Assembly (NCBI RefSeq): GCF_006345805.1
Contig: NC_043011.1
Span: 56,060,464 to 56,124,463 of the forward strand
Direction of reading: 5' to 3'
DNA length: 64,000 nt
Origin: Octopus sinensis
Lineage: Eukaryota
Made by a program: the position numbers and the translations under genes. The notes under the pieces were generated by a model. It saw only the letters and a list, made by a program, of their open reading frames with translations. It made no database searches and was not told where the DNA came from. Shown piece after piece: positions 39,001 through 54,757 of the stretch (positions are counted from its first letter, which is position 1; every line of letters starts with the position of its first letter).

Positions 39001-39922
39001 AAATGGATTAGCAAATATTGGTGCATATGTGCCAAAAGCCACGCACCACTCTGTGTCTTTTGGAATCATCTCATAATCCTCAACCAAACAGTGTTATCTG
39101 TGTTCTTTTAGCTGCATATCGGTTCTGATTAAGCAGATCAACACCATTCTAGCCCTGATTACTTTGTATTTCCCCATTAAGTATCATGTATCTACTACTT
39201 CATCAACGAATCTTGTCTCAGATATATTTTTTAAAAACGTAGGGCGCTATTTTAAGGAAATTTGACGGCTATTTCTAGCAGGTTGAGTAATCTCGTAGAT
39301 GCTTTCCTCACCAAAAAGGCTACACATATGTGTGTTTGTGTGTGTGTGTGTGTATTGTGTCATGCGAAGAGATTTTTTTTTATTAATATCTACGAATATA
39401 TAAACATACGCACATACATGCACACATAAATACATACATAGACACGCGCAAACTCATTCACACATACACATACACACATGTAAAAACCGTTTCTTATATA
39501 TTAGTTATATAAAAAAAGGCTCTGTATAGAATTGTCCTCGAAATAGACGATAAATGATAGAAGCATTAATCATAACAATGGTAAAATAACTACACAGACA
39601 ATATCCACACTTAGACGATATATAACAAACGAGGCAGTATATACACACAGACAACATTCACGCGTGTGCTATATACACATATTATAAACGAAATTCATTC
39701 GACTCTGATGTCATAAATCAAACGATTGGGTTTCGAATTCATGACAGTTTAAACTAACTATGGTGATGGAGTCTACCCAAATCTCAGTCGGCAACCATAA
39801 ACGAAACAATTCCAAGCAGCGACAAATAATATTTTTACTTCCTGAAGATGAGACTGAGAAATTCTAGAAATGTTGATGATGGATTTAAGAACTTTATTAT
39901 TCCGAGGGAACTGCAAGGGACT

Positions 39923-40321
39923 CTCTTTACTCTTTTACTTGTTTCAGTCATTTTGACTGCGGCCATGCTGGAGCACCGCCTTTAATCGAGCAACTCGACC
40001 CCGGGACTTATTCTTTTGTAAGCCCAGTACTTATTCTATCGGTCTCTTTTGCCGAACCGCTAAGTAACGGGGACGTAAACACACCAGCATCGGTTGTCAA
40101 GCAATGCTAGGGGGACAAACACAGACACACAAACACACATATATATATATATATACATATATACGACAGGCTTCTTTCAGTTTCCGTCTACCAAATCCAC
40201 TCACAAGGCTTTGGTCGGCCCGAGGCTATAGTAGAAGACACTTGCCGAAAGTGCCACGCAGTGGGACTGAACCCGGAACCATGCGGTTGGTAAGCAAGCT
40301 ACTTACCACACAGCCACTCCT
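39923..40321 (-). mobile_element. SINE family 3, full length
   Basis: tRNA-like head (TGGCTGTGTGG, GGTTCAGTCC), central (CA)/(TA) tract, (AAAGAGT)n tail. Confidence 0.9.
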
Positions 40322-43300
40322 CATACAAAAAAAAAGAGAAAAAGATTTTAACAAATAGGGAGTTAAAACTAGAATATAATCCTGTTTTCAACGCAGCATT
40401 ACATACACGTGTGCACGTGTGCATGCCTGCGTGTATATGCGTGTGTGCATGCCTGCGTGTATATGCGTGTGTGCATGTATGCGTGCGTGCGTGTGTGCGT
40501 GTGATTTATATTTTTAATTCGCTCATTAGGAATGTCGCTGTTTGAGGGAATAGAGCGACGAAGTGGGCGGTGTGAGTTTTATATGAAAAGCAATTGGAAA
40601 GAAGAGAAAGAACCCGACAAATCTATTCCACTGACTCACCCAAAAGAGCAGAGACAATGGGAATAGTCAGGAATTGGTGAAACTTGGATATGTCAAAATG
40701 AGACTTAAAAAAGAACGAAATTAAGGATAACTGAGGGATGAGTGTCAAATGAAGTAAAACATCAGGGATGCGTTGCCTCACGCAGCAACTGTAAGCTTTC
40801 CATTTTGGTGGTGACTAAAGTTGTCGCAATGTTGGAAACCTTTCTCTATCAACAGTATTTTAGGGTCACAAGCGTGTTGGTCCTCAGCTTGTCTGCTTCA
40901 CAAGAGCAGGGCAGCGGCGACTGAATTAGTCTTAATTTGCAGAAAGGTTCCATCTGCGGCCTCCCTCTTATGGCTGTCTTTTTGGTGGCTTTTCTTTTCA
41001 ATTGTTTGGGCTCCAAACCAATCTTCTGCAGGAAACAGCGCATTGATCTTGATGGATATTAAAATAAACTGCAAAATAAGAAAAGAGGGCAGATACCAAG
41101 AAGATTTCAACAAGGAACTCCTAAACCGAAGAGAGTTTTTTTTCAAAATTGTTCTATGTTTGTTACAACAGGTTTAACATGTGTTTAAAAACAGACCCAA
41201 TTTCCTTTATTTAAATTTATTTGATTATCATTTTCAACTCATTTAAGATAAATTTGCTTACGGAATTAGCATCACGGGAACACTAGTGAAGAAGATATTC
41301 CAAACAAGAGTAAGAAATGCCTAAAACTTAATATAAGACGATATTTTATTTTCTCAAAGTAAAATTCCGATAGATTTGTCAAATTAACAGCATAAAACTA
41401 AAAGTGTCACATTTTCTATGTTCGGGAAAATCCTACAAATTATTCAGATTATAATTTTCTTGTCCTATTTTCCCCATTTTTGCAATCATATATTTACCAT
41501 ATTTATATCTACACTACGTCTCAATCTCTTAGGGTCGTTAGAATCCAGCCAGGGCCCATACATTTGACGAGATGCGTATCCAGAAGTAAATTACCTGAAG
41601 ACGACCAGATATAGGCGCTATCGAAATGCAATGTCGTTCTAAATACTGGAAATATTAAAGATAAGATTAACATCCCGGAAAATTCTAATCTTATTAACAA
41701 TTCATCTCAGACAGTTAAGCTTATAATCAACGATAAAATATGTCGAAGAAACAGTCTTAGGATATCACTTCTAATTAACCAAATACTTAAAGTGGATGCT
41801 GGATTTCTCGTTGGTGTCAGTGATGAAGATTCATTCGTTCGATTATGAGTGGTTGAGTATTCCGTAGATAAGCGTATCGTTCGCGTAATTCTCAGGCTGA
41901 ATCAGGGTGACAAGGCTAAATTACAGATACAATCGAGAAAGCAAGAAAAAAAAAAAGAATTGTCCCCCCAGTTGTTGACTGGAACCTAATTTATCGTCTG
42001 GGAAATGATTAAAGTAGAGCTCGGCAGGGATTTGAACTCAGATCGCAGAGAATCGGAATACTGCCATAGATTCTATTTGTCGATCTAACGATTTCCACAA
42101 TTTACTGCTTCAATAAAAGTAGACAAAAGATAAGAAATAAGAGGTGGATTGGCGGAGTCGTTAGAACATCGGTGTTTGTTCTGACTTCTTATGTTCTGAG
42201 TTCAAATTCTGCTGTAGTCAACTTTGTGTTTCGTCTTCCCGGGGTTGATAAAATACTAGTCCAGAACTATGGGTTAGAACAATTATTCGAACAATGATCA
42301 AAATGCTTTGCAATATTTCTTTCTCAGCGATATAAACCGTTCCAACTCCCAAGGCAGGCGTTGTAAGCTTTCTCTGCTTTTGTTATATTCATCACGGAAA
42401 CAAGCAGTATCGGCGGAATTTTCACGGTTAGTTTAAAAACTAAGATTGCTGCAAGTTTATAAAGACCCATGTAGTACATCATTTCTTTTGAATTTTTTTT
42501 TTACTGGAACATTTTATTCTTGAGATGATGCAAAGTTTACGTTGGTTGTACAGAATGTGTAGTGTGAGGTGAGGACATTGTTGAAAACGCTATTCTTTGT
42601 TATATATACTTGTCGTCCGTGTTACCTTGAGAAGTGCTTTTATTTTAGTTTAATGTCAAGAGGTGAACGTGCCTTAGAAAGAGTTATATACGATTGTACC
42701 CGGGGAAAATTCACGTTTACTTTTCTTTGACATTTCGTTGTGAAAATGGTATTATAGCAATATCTTTTTCAGTATATATTTTGTAATGGAGTTCCCTGTC
42801 TTCCCAGAAGATGCCAATGAGATGTCAGGTCGGAAAGAAAGGAAGAAAAAAAAGATAGGCAGAAGGTAGCAAGTAACCACCTTATTATATATAATATTGC
42901 AGAGAATAATTTCGTATTGGCAGATATACTTAAAGCAATTACAGCGTGGAAGACACATGTCAGACATTCAAAAACACACAAAGATTGTTCACTGACACGT
43001 TTCCACAATAGTGTAAATGTGTCAGTGGCCAGGTCGCAGTTGGTGCGACGAAAAATTTGACCCCGAATGATAATTGTTTAAGTAAAGTTAACACCTTCGT
43101 GCGTTTTTGAATGGCTTTTTGTGTGTCTTTCCGCGCTGTAATTGTTTTAGATTTAACACGCGGTCTCAGATCAAATCACTTGTCTGACAAATACATCTCT
43201 AAAATTCTGATATACTTAATGTACACTTCTAAGGGTTTCTCGAGAAAGATACTCTCTTTGCAGGCGGCTTATCGACTATATTTCGTTTTTATCTTATTCG

Positions 43301-43634
43301 CTGTTTTATCGATAATTTGATCAATAATGGAACGATGAACGATAAAGCCAACCTTGCCAAGATTTATATGTTTATCACACATTACAAATCTATTAGATTT
43401 ATATACGATTGCAATTGCAATCATATACGACATATGTTTGACCGTACATGTCATACGTATGGTCATAATATATATATATGACATAACCGGCGATTTGTCA
43501 AGAAAATCACACGAAGCGCATAATCTTGGGTCGTCTTGCCCCACCCCCATTAAACCCTGAAAGAATGATGCAACATTTTTGTCGCTCAAAACACGGTTTT
43601 CTAAGAATTGACGGTTTTTGCATATGTGCCTCTT

Positions 43635-43688
<54 letters not shown>

Positions 43689-46600
43689 TGTTTTCCAATT
43701 CTCCTTCAGTTTATACCTGTAATAAATCAAGTAACAATACATCTAAATGTAAATGTAGACATTCCAGCATGTTCCAGTATTGAAACCTTAGGTATTTTGA
43801 AATTATCCTGAGACCTACAGCGTTGTTATTGTTGCTGTTGTCGTCTGGGTTGATCGAAAAGATTCACACTTAAAAGTATTCGAGCCGTTACCACCAGTTT
43901 TTCTTTTCTTAGTATATTTTGATTCAGCATTGTGTTTTTTTTTTGTTTTGTTTCCTGAAGATGATAGGGTGTTGTATGAGGGAGATCTGACAACTATTTC
44001 TTACATGCTGAGTGACCATGTGGAGGCTCCCTCGTTAAATCGACCGAAAGCAAAGTATCCGAGCCCCCTCCCCACACCCCCTTTGTCAGCGCGCATTTTT
44101 TTCGTCATATTCCTTCAATATACGATGCCTTACACCTGTTACACATATTCTTTTCCATTTTCCCCCACTGGGTGCGGATCTAGATATTAACCGTAATGGT
44201 TTGATTATTCATTATGAACTATGGTTAGGTTCAATGACCAGAATTATCCATACTGTCCAAAAATTTCAATCGCCTGGTCTTGTTTCTAAACTTGAAAGAC
44301 TGCCTGGGAGAGCTTTACTACTTTATCGTTGAATAATTACATTTGATCCAAGTTTTAAGTTTTATCGCAGTACATATGAAAACCCCACTTTTTGCCTTCA
44401 GTCTTTGCCCTTGTTCCCTGGAGATAATTTCTCTCAACCAAATGGTTGAATAGCATTGGCCGGTTTTAGAAGAAATTTTGCTTATATTTTATCATGACGT
44501 AACCATGGACACTACGTCATAATAAAATAGATGGTAGATGGGCAGAATCGTAGGAGCATCGAACCAGAGAGCCTTGTGTTATTACATAGTTACAATAACT
44601 TACATTCTGAATTAAAATCCTGATGAGGTGAACTTTGTCTTTTCTCCTTCCGTGGTCGATAAGATAAATCACAGCTCAAGTACCAGGATTAATGGATTCA
44701 ACTCTCCCCGTCTTCCCAAATGTACTTATGTTAGCAGAAATGAGAAAATAAATGGGATAAAATGAAATAATTGATTAATTTAACTAAGAACGATACACAA
44801 AAGTTATCAGCAAGAATAAAAAAGACAACCAAAATCTCACACAAGTACAAAAATGTAAATTGTGATAATTTCCCATTCAGTATTAAAGAAATGGCCGAGA
44901 ATGTCAAGTTGAATGCTTACAATGCTACACTCCTCGAAGAAAATATTACAAAAACGAAAATGCCCAGAATAACAGTGAACCGAAAACAAAGAAAGCCCGG
45001 TAGACGTTTGCAGATCTCAACTATTTGCTTTAACGGAATACAACAACGAAAGCACAAAACATTTTTAGAAATGCAGTGATTATAGCTGGACAAGAAGCCG
45101 TCGGGAAAACAGCAATGCATTAGCAAATGTATGAAAGGAGTTAATTTCAAACAAAAGAATCTCAGAAGCAACACTCTCAGCCATTAAACAAGACATTCAA
45201 CACAACACAAGGCACCATCCCCAAATAATAGTTTAAATTCAATTGAGATTTTTGGTTACACAGCAATTCATAGAGTAACCATAAAAGTATGCAGAAGACC
45301 ACTACGAATAGAATGGATATTGGAATCAACAATTGCAACAACAAACGGCAATGATTAACGAATGGCGATAAACTCGTTTGGCCATCACCAGTGTCATTAA
45401 TATGTCATACAGTTTGTCTTGAAGAAATTATGATATTACATTCATGGAAGAAATTAATTAAGTAACCAAGTTATATTGACATTAAGAAGCGCGACCTAGA
45501 AATAAAAGCTCAAAAAAGTAAGCCATTGCGTCGGTGCTGTTGCTTCCAAATGAAATGAATCGTAAGAGCATCGAACCAGAGTGCCTTGTGTTATTACATA
45601 TTTGCGAAATCTGCTTATAGTTGAGGGATTTTGGTAAGGATAGGATTCGAACGACAAATTCATCGACTGGTAGTTCATCCCTGTAGTGCCTTCGTCATCT
45701 GCGACTCACTAACAGATTTTAAAAAATGAAGTGGGGAAAAAATTAGAAGGCATCAAAGAAAGAACATCAATTGTAAACCGATAAAAAAAACACTACAAAA
45801 GGAATAAAAGGAAAATAAACCAGCTTTGTTTTATTGCTTGGTCGAAGAAGAGAGAGAGAACGATATTTTTGACCTCTGAAGGTTTTTTTAAACTCTTGAG
45901 AGATCTATGTGATTCATGTTCAGTTTGAACATCTGTTTGAAAAACGTGTGCAGGAAGAGAAATTCAGGGAATTGTAGCTGTGGTGAGAAATGATTAAGAT
46001 GTATTTAGTGCAGTGCCTCGCGGAGTAGAGATGTGACACAAGGGAGAAAGAAAGATGTAGGGGACGGATTTACGAAGTGAGATTGTGTCGTTTGATAATT
46101 CAAAGGCGAAAAGATCGAGTAATATTGCTAGAAATGGAGGAGGAGGAGGAGGAGGAGGAAGAGGAGGAGAGAAACAATTGTCTTGAAACAGTGATTGAAG
46201 ATTTGTTAGTGAGTGAGTCTATATCGAAAAGCTAAATTATCGTTTTAGCTGTATCGTCTATATAAATCTAATGATGCCTGCGCCATTTACCATCACTACA
46301 TGATTAAATGTCTCTCTTCACAACCACGAGATCTCGGTTCGATTCCATTCGGTGGTATCTCGAGTAAATTTGTTGTCCAGTCTGTGAATGACCCAAGACT
46401 TGTGAGTGAATCTGGGTGGCTGGAAACTGAACAAAAGACTGTCCAATGGACAGGACTTGCAATTAAAAAAAAGCGAAACCTTGTCACACGGCGCAACGCT
46501 GATTCTAGTCGAAGGGTAAGGGTACACGTGTCTGCGGAATACTCAGCCACTTGGCTGGAGGATAATTTAATGAGTAAACCATACATGGGATCGAAACACA

Positions 46601-46714
46601 GGGGATTCATGCGTCGAAATGAAAGAGGAGTCTGTCATACATATGCAAACACACGCACGCACACACGCACACATACACACACACACACACACATGCACAC
46701 ACACACACACACAC

Positions 46715-46771
<57 letters not shown>

Positions 46772-47334
46772 CACACACACACCCACACACACACACATGC
46801 ACATATATATAAAATGAAAGACATTCTACTCGTGACTATCCTGCCTTTTCAGTCTCAAGGAGAAGTTTCATTGCTAAAAGGAGAGAATGTTTAACGTTTC
46901 AGTTTTGTGTACTTCAACAGAATAAATTAAATGAGAACTGTTAGCCTGGCTATCGGGACAGGAGATGGATGGCACAGTTCACCTTAGACTACACCAGCCA
47001 ATATACACTATTCCCACTTCTTTTAAAAGTAAAAAAGTGATTTGAGAAAGAAATGGCTGTTATTTCGGTCGAGCGGTCGAGCACACAGCGGCCATCTCAT
47101 TGGTTTGTTCTGAAATTGCTGATGTGTTTTTAAAATATTTTTTGGTATGTCCAGAGTGTGGTTCTAAAAGGGTCAACTGGGTTATGATGTGGAAGTTATT
47201 TTCTTGGTCCTTTTAAGTGTACGATTGAGAGACAGACAGACAAGCAGACAGACTGTTAGATAGATAAATAGAGATAGATAGATAAATAGATAAATAAATA
47301 AATAAATAAATAAATATACATACATACATACATA

Positions 47335-47386
<52 letters not shown>

Positions 47387-48063
47387 TTTTGCGTGTGTAA
47401 AGTCATAAATGACAAGAGAAATGGTTTGATGAAATTTTATTTAACAATAACAACATTCTAATTTCATGACAAATTGTTTCGTAACTTAAAAACATGTAAA
47501 TAATTTATATTATTATATTTGATTAATAAATTACTTACATATCTGCATTAATGCAAAATGCAAAAAATCCTTCAAAATAATGCAGAATTTAAGCTCCAGT
47601 TTATCATTATTTATATTTTCAATTACACATATACGGAAGCACCAAACTCTTTTAAATGCTTAAAGTCTCTATGGGTCTTAGTCCGGCCCTGCTAAATAAA
47701 GTAGTAGCGTAGCTGGAGATGAGGGGAGAGACAGGGAGCAGTTCTCCCCTGGTGATGTTTTTATGGGGGTGCCACTCGACAGTTTTGGGTCTGATGTGTA
47801 AGCTTATATAGGCTTGGAGGCTGGGGCGCAGGAGACAGCAAGGTTAAGAGCTGCCCGGGGCGGCGCACACTCTTGCTATGTCATTGCTTAGATACCGCTA
47901 AAAGACATGACAGCTTTGATTACATGCCTTTGATTACATTTTTGATCGATTAGGTTTGACCTTGGAGTGAAACAACAAAATATGGCGGTTAAGTAACGAC
48001 TAATGAAGGTTTCGCTGTGGCGGTGGAGAAGAAAGAATAACTCCCATTATGTAAACAATGAAT

Positions 48064-48288
48064 AAATACCTATTTTCTTTACTACCCACAAGGGACAAAC
48101 AAGGACAGATATACGGATTAAGTCGATTACATCGACCCCAGTGCGTAACTGGTACTTATTTAATCGACCCCGAAAGGATGAAAGGCAAAGTCGACCTCGG
48201 CGGATTTTGAACTCAGAACGTAGCGGCAGACGAAAAACCTCAAAGCATATTGCCCGGTGTGCTAACGATTCTGGCAGCTCGCCGCCTT
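48064..48288 (-). mobile_element. SINE family 2
   Basis: reverse complement of 57308-57540; further partial copies near 26220, 31600, 32020, 33050, 34100, 42140, 44540 and 49830. Confidence 0.85.
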
Positions 48289-48869
48289 TAATGAATAAAT
48301 ACCACTGGCCCCGAAATACTAGGCTTAGAAAATGGAGAAAGATTGAAGTGGAGGTGATAACTGGTTCTTGAAGGGTAAAAAGGGACTCATCTGCTTGAAT
48401 GAATGTTTTGAAGTAGAGGCCATTTTTAATTTTCAATTTCGTTTGTTGCAGAAGATAAGCGTCTGTAACTATTGCAAACTTTCTTTCAACATCTACAACT
48501 TAGTTAAAACGTGCTTAGAATGATTTCTCTTCTCTTTCTATCTCACTCGCTTCCTCTATTTCTCTCGCGTATTTTATTTATTTATTTTATAGAATCTTTC
48601 CTGAGATAATCATCCATCTAATATATTTTCAACGACGTGATTTGCTTTCTATGTGGCTCGGCTTCTAGCAACGAGACAATTCAGTTTTTTGACTATTTGT
48701 CTAATCATTATTCACTTTCCATTTATAACTACGAAGGTTTTAACAACGATTTAAAATATTCTATGTTCGGCTGTTTTCAATTGAACAAGAGATTGCGTGT
48801 AAAGATACAAGAACGCTATTTAAATAAAGATCCTCACGGAAAGTCTTGCTTTTCTTTAGTGGATTATAC

Positions 48870-48983
<114 letters not shown>

Positions 48984-49933
48984 CACATATGTATATATAT
49001 ATACATATGTATATATATATATATATACATATGTATGTATTTAAGTTACAAATGTCAATTAAAAAGAAATATTTATTTTCCCATTGTTGTTTCCTTGTTT
49101 CGTTTGCTTCAGGTGAAACAAGGTTATCTTTTTAGAAGAAACGTCTTTGTTACGAAAGGAAAAGAAGTTAGTCAAGAACTATTTAAAAGAATACTTGTGG
49201 CAGACACCATACACTACTCACACGTGACACACACATACACACATACACACACATCCTCTCTCTCTCTCATACACACACACTTATCTGTATTCGCATATTG
49301 TACTCAAAGAAAGATGTGAGTGTTTTCTAGATCAGAGCTGTAGTTAATAAAAGACATGTAAGGGATGGGATTAATTCTAAGCGATGACAGACTAAGATAA
49401 CATGGAAGGTAAATGCTCCAAAATTTTTCTTCGTTATCCAAGCTGCTAAGTAACTAATCTATGTCAGTTTAACGATGATCCATGATGAGCGTCGTAATCT
49501 CTTGGTGAGCCGAGTCTAATCGTCCATAAATATAATTCCACTTCATTTACTAACAAACACTTTGATAAAAACATAGAAATTACACTTCTTGATTTCCTTC
49601 TTTCCTAAAAATTTGGTCTCTTAAACGTAGAACAATTTTTAAAAAAAGGAAATAAAAGAAATATCACAGATGAAGAATTGATTAAACTGATTTCAATATC
49701 CAAGTGGTACTTACTTTATCGATCTAGGGAGAAATGAAAGGCGAAGTCGATCACAAAAACGTTTAACTAAATAATAGGGATGTAGGCCACTACTCCGTCT
49801 CCCCCTCCTCCCCTTCTTCTATAACAACAACAACAAAGTCGACCTTGGCGGAATTTGAACTCAGAACGTAGCGACGGGCGAAATCCGCTATGCATTTCGT
49901 CTAGCGTGTTAACGATTCTGCCAGCCGGCCGCC

Positions 49934-49935
<2 letters not shown>

Positions 49936-50003
<68 letters not shown>

Positions 50004-50005
50004 TA

Positions 50006-50046
<41 letters not shown>

Positions 50047-50091
50047 AATGATAATGATAATAATAATAATGATAATGATAATAATAATAAT

Positions 50092-50166
<75 letters not shown>

Positions 50167-50175
50167 AATAATAAA
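49936..50175. repeat. Compound (AAT)n/(GAT)/(AAC)n microsatellite
   Basis: direct reading. Confidence 0.95.
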
Positions 50176-50529
50176 ATTAACTCTCACAAATCTGAAAAAA
50201 AAATCGCAAATTCTCTCACAAATCACAATATCTCTATCATTGAAAAAAAAAAGACATTAGTTCTGAACAGAGAGGATAGTCATAGATGGATTGGTTGTGA
50301 TCATAGGTCTATTCGACAACAGCACCATGGAAACAGAGATTACAAATGATACAAGATGTTGCTGCAAACAGCGATGAATACCACGATTTATAAAGATTGC
50401 GCTTGTTTCTCGTTACTGAATTCAACCCCACAAACGGGAAATTGCTCTAGACTATTCTTCCCAATAATAAAGTGTTCAGTTCTAATTCTTGAACTCTGGA
50501 ATTCTTCTCACTCCACGAGTTCACGAAAC

Positions 50530-50785
50530 TAACGTGCAACTGGCTGAGTACTCCACAGAAACGCGTCACCTTTAACGTAGTTCTCAGGGAGATTCAGTGT
50601 GACACAGAATGAGACAAGGCTGGCCTTTTCGAAATACTGGTACAACTCATTTTTTGCCAGCTGAGTGGACTGGAGCAACGTGAAGCAAAGGGTTTTGGTC
50701 AGGGACACAACGCGCCACCGGCAATCGAACCTACTATCTTACCGTCGTGAGGCGAACGCCTTAACCACCAAGTCGCGTGTCTTCA
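50530..50785 (-). mobile_element. Additional tRNA-SINE-like family
   Basis: minus-strand head tggttaaggcgttcgcctcacg..aggttcgattgcc; body cagctgagtggactggagcaacgtgaa. Confidence 0.6.
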
Positions 50786-51722
50786 CGCACGTACACACAC
50801 ATAATGATTATTTAAAAACTAAAACGAGACAAAACTTCAAAGCAGAGCTCCATCTTGAGCTCCATCAATCATTTCCTTCCTGAACCCAACGCAAAATCAA
50901 ATCAGTTCATGGCTTTCTTTTTTCGGTTTGATATTTATCGTTTGATATTAAAGATATTCAGATTTTTATTAAAAACCGAGAAATGTTTAGAATATAAGAA
51001 GCAGATATCAAACAAAGACCAGCGAATGGATTATGTATGTCTTTTGAAAACATGTTTGCTAATCCTATTGTAATATTATGAAGTTGAAAATATTCTTCTG
51101 ATCAAACAGATCTCAACCAATCTTTAAAATAAAATTGAATTTAAAATTATCATTGTTTATTGTAGCAAGGTTTTGCTTAGAAGGGAGAATTTGTCGAAAT
51201 ATTGGCTTACATTCTTCTCTCAAATATACATTGTATTTTTTGGTTAACGAACCAATGAAGAGGCTTTTTTTTACGCGGTCGCCCAACCTGATAAAGGTAA
51301 TAACCAAATCCCTTTCAACTAACAAATCAAATTTATCAATGCGACAATAAATCTTTTATCTTTTATCTTTTACCTGTTTCAGTCATTAGACTGTGGCCAT
51401 GCTGGGGCATTTCCTTGATGAAGGGTTTAGTCGAATAATTACTTCTTTCTATATTGTTATCGCCAGTTTGGTCACTCTTCAATGATTTTATTCATTGAAA
51501 GAGCAATTAATAACCCAGATTAACACGAGCATAACTTGAATCTACAAGACTTGATGTGCTCAGTTTCTAGTTTCTGTTGAGTAGACACAGGTCTACGTGA
51601 GCTTTACAGATGTCTATGTTTATAAGAATGTGATGCTGAAGCTGTGACATTCATCAGGTTTCTTAGAACTTTACTGGCGAAACTCGACACAACATAATAT
51701 CTAAATTCTGTCGTACACTCAA

Positions 51723-51799
<77 letters not shown>

Positions 51800-51822
51800 G
51801 TCTGTCTGTCTGTCTGTCTAAC

Positions 51823-51887
<65 letters not shown>

Positions 51888-51904
51888 ATATATATATATA
51901 TATA

Positions 51905-52110
51905 TAGTAAATCCAAAACAAGAAGAACAAACACAAAAGCAACAACGCGAAGATGTGGTACATGTAAAGTATTAGCAGACGCTCAGGAGAGGAAAAAAGA
52001 TGCTTTAACATTTCGAGTAGACGCTCTTCTTCAGAAACAAAGGAAAGTCCAATAGAAGGGAAGACGGAGGAAGAAATTCGCCAACGATTCACGTGTATGT
52101 ATATATATAT
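51905..52110 (-). mobile_element. Penelope-like terminal-repeat fragment with degenerate hammerhead-like motif (52002-52039)
   Basis: minus strand CTGAAGA-A-GAG-cgtcta-CTC-GAAAT-GTT-AAAG; abuts (TA)n. Confidence 0.5.
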
Positions 52111-52346
52111 ATACACACGACGAATTCTGATCAATAAGTATCCGGATTGTTTCCATAATAACGAAGCTAAAGCACGCAGATTGAAGCTGCTTGACAAAGA
52201 TTGACCTTGAAGTCTGCTATGCACGCGCACTAAGTTTTAACGTTCTAGCTCACTTCCGTTGTTTACAGCATTGCTTGGAAGGAAGTTGTGTAGTGTGTGA
52301 TCGTCGTATTGACCATGACAGAGAAAGTTGTCATGGCGATACCTGC

Positions 52347-52423
<77 letters not shown>

Positions 52424-53555
52424 ATCTTCCATTTTAAAGGGTTACAGAATTAACACATGTTATGGGAACATAAACCTTCTTCCATGAAAAGATAGCTTAA
52501 ACTGTGCACTAAATGGGGGTGTAGTCAAATCCTATTTTATGGACTCAACCATGTTCTAAACTAAGTCGAAAGGTAAGCTACTATAAATCGGCACGAACTT
52601 TCCGGACAACCCAATACGTACATAATTTAGCTATTGTAGGTTTACTTTTAATACCGACACAGATGTCCATGGATTTATGTGTTTCTTTGTTGTAGTTTAA
52701 TTTTAAAGTTAGTGTTTAATCCTGTCTATATTCAGATTGAATGAACGTGGTCATGTGCACTGCTCCCTTGTGGGCGTGGAACGATACAATAACACCAGGT
52801 GCAACACACAGTGCATAGAAGACTCCTCAGGTGGGATAATATGGTTTTAAGCCGGGAGATTTACATTGCGATTCTGCTGTATTAAGAGATTTTATCAGTT
52901 AGACAGACGCACAGACAAACAGACGCGCACATTCATACTTTTAAATCAATGCAAAGACAGACAGACAGATGCGAACATTAATAAGTTTTTCCATGGGTAC
53001 ATGTCAGGGTGTGTCACATGTATGTGTGTCAGCCAAGTACATACGCGCACAGGTGTACACATATATATACAAGTGCACATATATACATATACTAGAGTAG
53101 ATGCAAGCGCTAATATATGATTTATAAAAACATGTGACGTATTAATAAAAATCTGTAAATGTACAACCATCCAGATCTCTGAGTGTCTTACTTTTTCTAA
53201 TACATATACACATGTATACATACCTAATCACACACACATATCCTGCGGTGCACAGGCATCCATTTGCTCATATACCATTTATTGTTCTGTGCTTACATTT
53301 ATTCTGTGCTTACCATTTATTGTTCTGTGCGTGGGAATAATCTCATACGTGTATACAATCTGTGTGTGCATATATATATTGCCGGGTGGACGTGTTTGTA
53401 TATGCCTATGAGTGCATAAAAGTACTGAGTGGAAGTCTTTAGTATGTGCTAACCTGCAAGTATAAGTATATCTATGTATATAAACGTATATGTATATAAT
53501 TGGGTGAGTATATATATATATATACGCGAGAAAGAAGCAACAAGAATGGGTAGGT

Positions 53556-53646
53556 TTTTAGTACAATCGTTTCATACAAGGACAGGCTTTATTAAAAGTT
53601 GTAAAAATTACAGCATATAAACGTGTCCCGTACTCATCAGCTAAAA
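53556..53646 (-). ncRNA. Type-I minimal hammerhead ribozyme (left arm)
   Basis: exact reverse complement of 54667-54757. Confidence 0.75.
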
Positions 53647-54666
53647 TACATGTGAGTTCTCTAGACATCCTAGTGGTTGAGGCTATACTCATGAAGTAAT
53701 GTAGATAATTAAGTAACATTAAGTAAGATTATACTTAGATTTTCCTAATGTATTTTCTTTTGATTTTAGCATCTGACCCCTAAACCCCTGACTATGTTAT
53801 CTCTTTAGATTCTCTTTAAATTCATAGCTGATTTCAACAGCAATAAATTAGCTGTTTTACTGGCCATAGAATAATATTCTCCTCTAGTTCCTAGATGCCT
53901 GTAAATTAAAACCAGACTTGCCGTCTACTAATTCTTCTGTATAACTAGAACCCTCTTTTTTATTTTTTCCCTTCTTTCCCTATTTCTTTCTCTTTTCTCT
54001 TTTTTCTGTTTCTTCTTCTTATTCTCTTTTTCCTTTTCTCTTCTCTTTTAGTCCCTTCCCCCCCCTTTTTTTGCTCCCTCCTCCTTTATTTTCTCTCTTT
54101 TCTTCTATTCCCTTCCCTTTCTATTCTTGGCCTCTCTAGAAAGCCCTTCAGCCTTTAAAAGTTAAATAGCTACAGCCTCTTGTAAATAGCAGTAATGTGA
54201 TTAATGTGGCAAATACCTAATCATATAACAAGAATTGATACCTACCTCATTGTGTTCAACCATTGATAAATTTATCGCCTGTGAATATGAAATTCCTCTT
54301 CATTTCTCTGGAAACTTACATCTACACCATTGGAAATTGTGCATCTATACAAAGGATTAATTCACCCTCTCTGTAATGCTAATAAGCAGGAATTGAGACC
54401 CACCTCGTTGTGATTAACAATGGATAAATTTGTCTTCTGTGAGTATGTAATCCCTCATCATATCTCTGGAAATTCATATGTGCTCTATGGATTAGGTCAC
54501 CTTCTCTGTGATGCTATTAGAACTTTTTTAAAATTCTGTGATAAGACTGTACATCATCTTTAAAGAACTTTAATGAACTTTGGAAATCTGTTTATGTTAC
54601 TTAATTATCTACATTACTTCATGAGTATAGCCTCAACCACTAGGATGTCTAGAGAACTCACATGTA

Positions 54667-54757
54667 TTTTAGCTGATGAGTACGGGACACGTTTATATGC
54701 TGTAATTTTTACAACTTTTAATAAAGCCTGTCCTTGTATGAAACGATTGTACTAAAA
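54667..54757 (+). ncRNA. Type-I minimal hammerhead ribozyme (right arm)
   Basis: TTTTAG-CTGATGA-GTACGGGAC-[41 nt]-GTCCTTGTAT-GAAAC-GATT-GTA-CTAAAA: full core, 6-bp stem I, 9-bp stem II with one bulge, short stem III. Confidence 0.78.

Noticed and set aside
40898-41146. Minus ORF resembling a neuropeptide precursor (hydrophobic stretch, KK, KREA)
   Set aside because: Starts at TTG, no amidation or repeat pattern, no recognised family
41590-41640. CTGAAGA...GAAATGCAATGTC hammerhead-like remnant
   Set aside because: Stem II does not close and stem I is only 2 bp
50535-50570. GAAACGCGTC hammerhead-like 3' half
   Set aside because: Upstream core is CTGAGTA (no G8), no stem II, and it lies in a SINE body; likely coincidence
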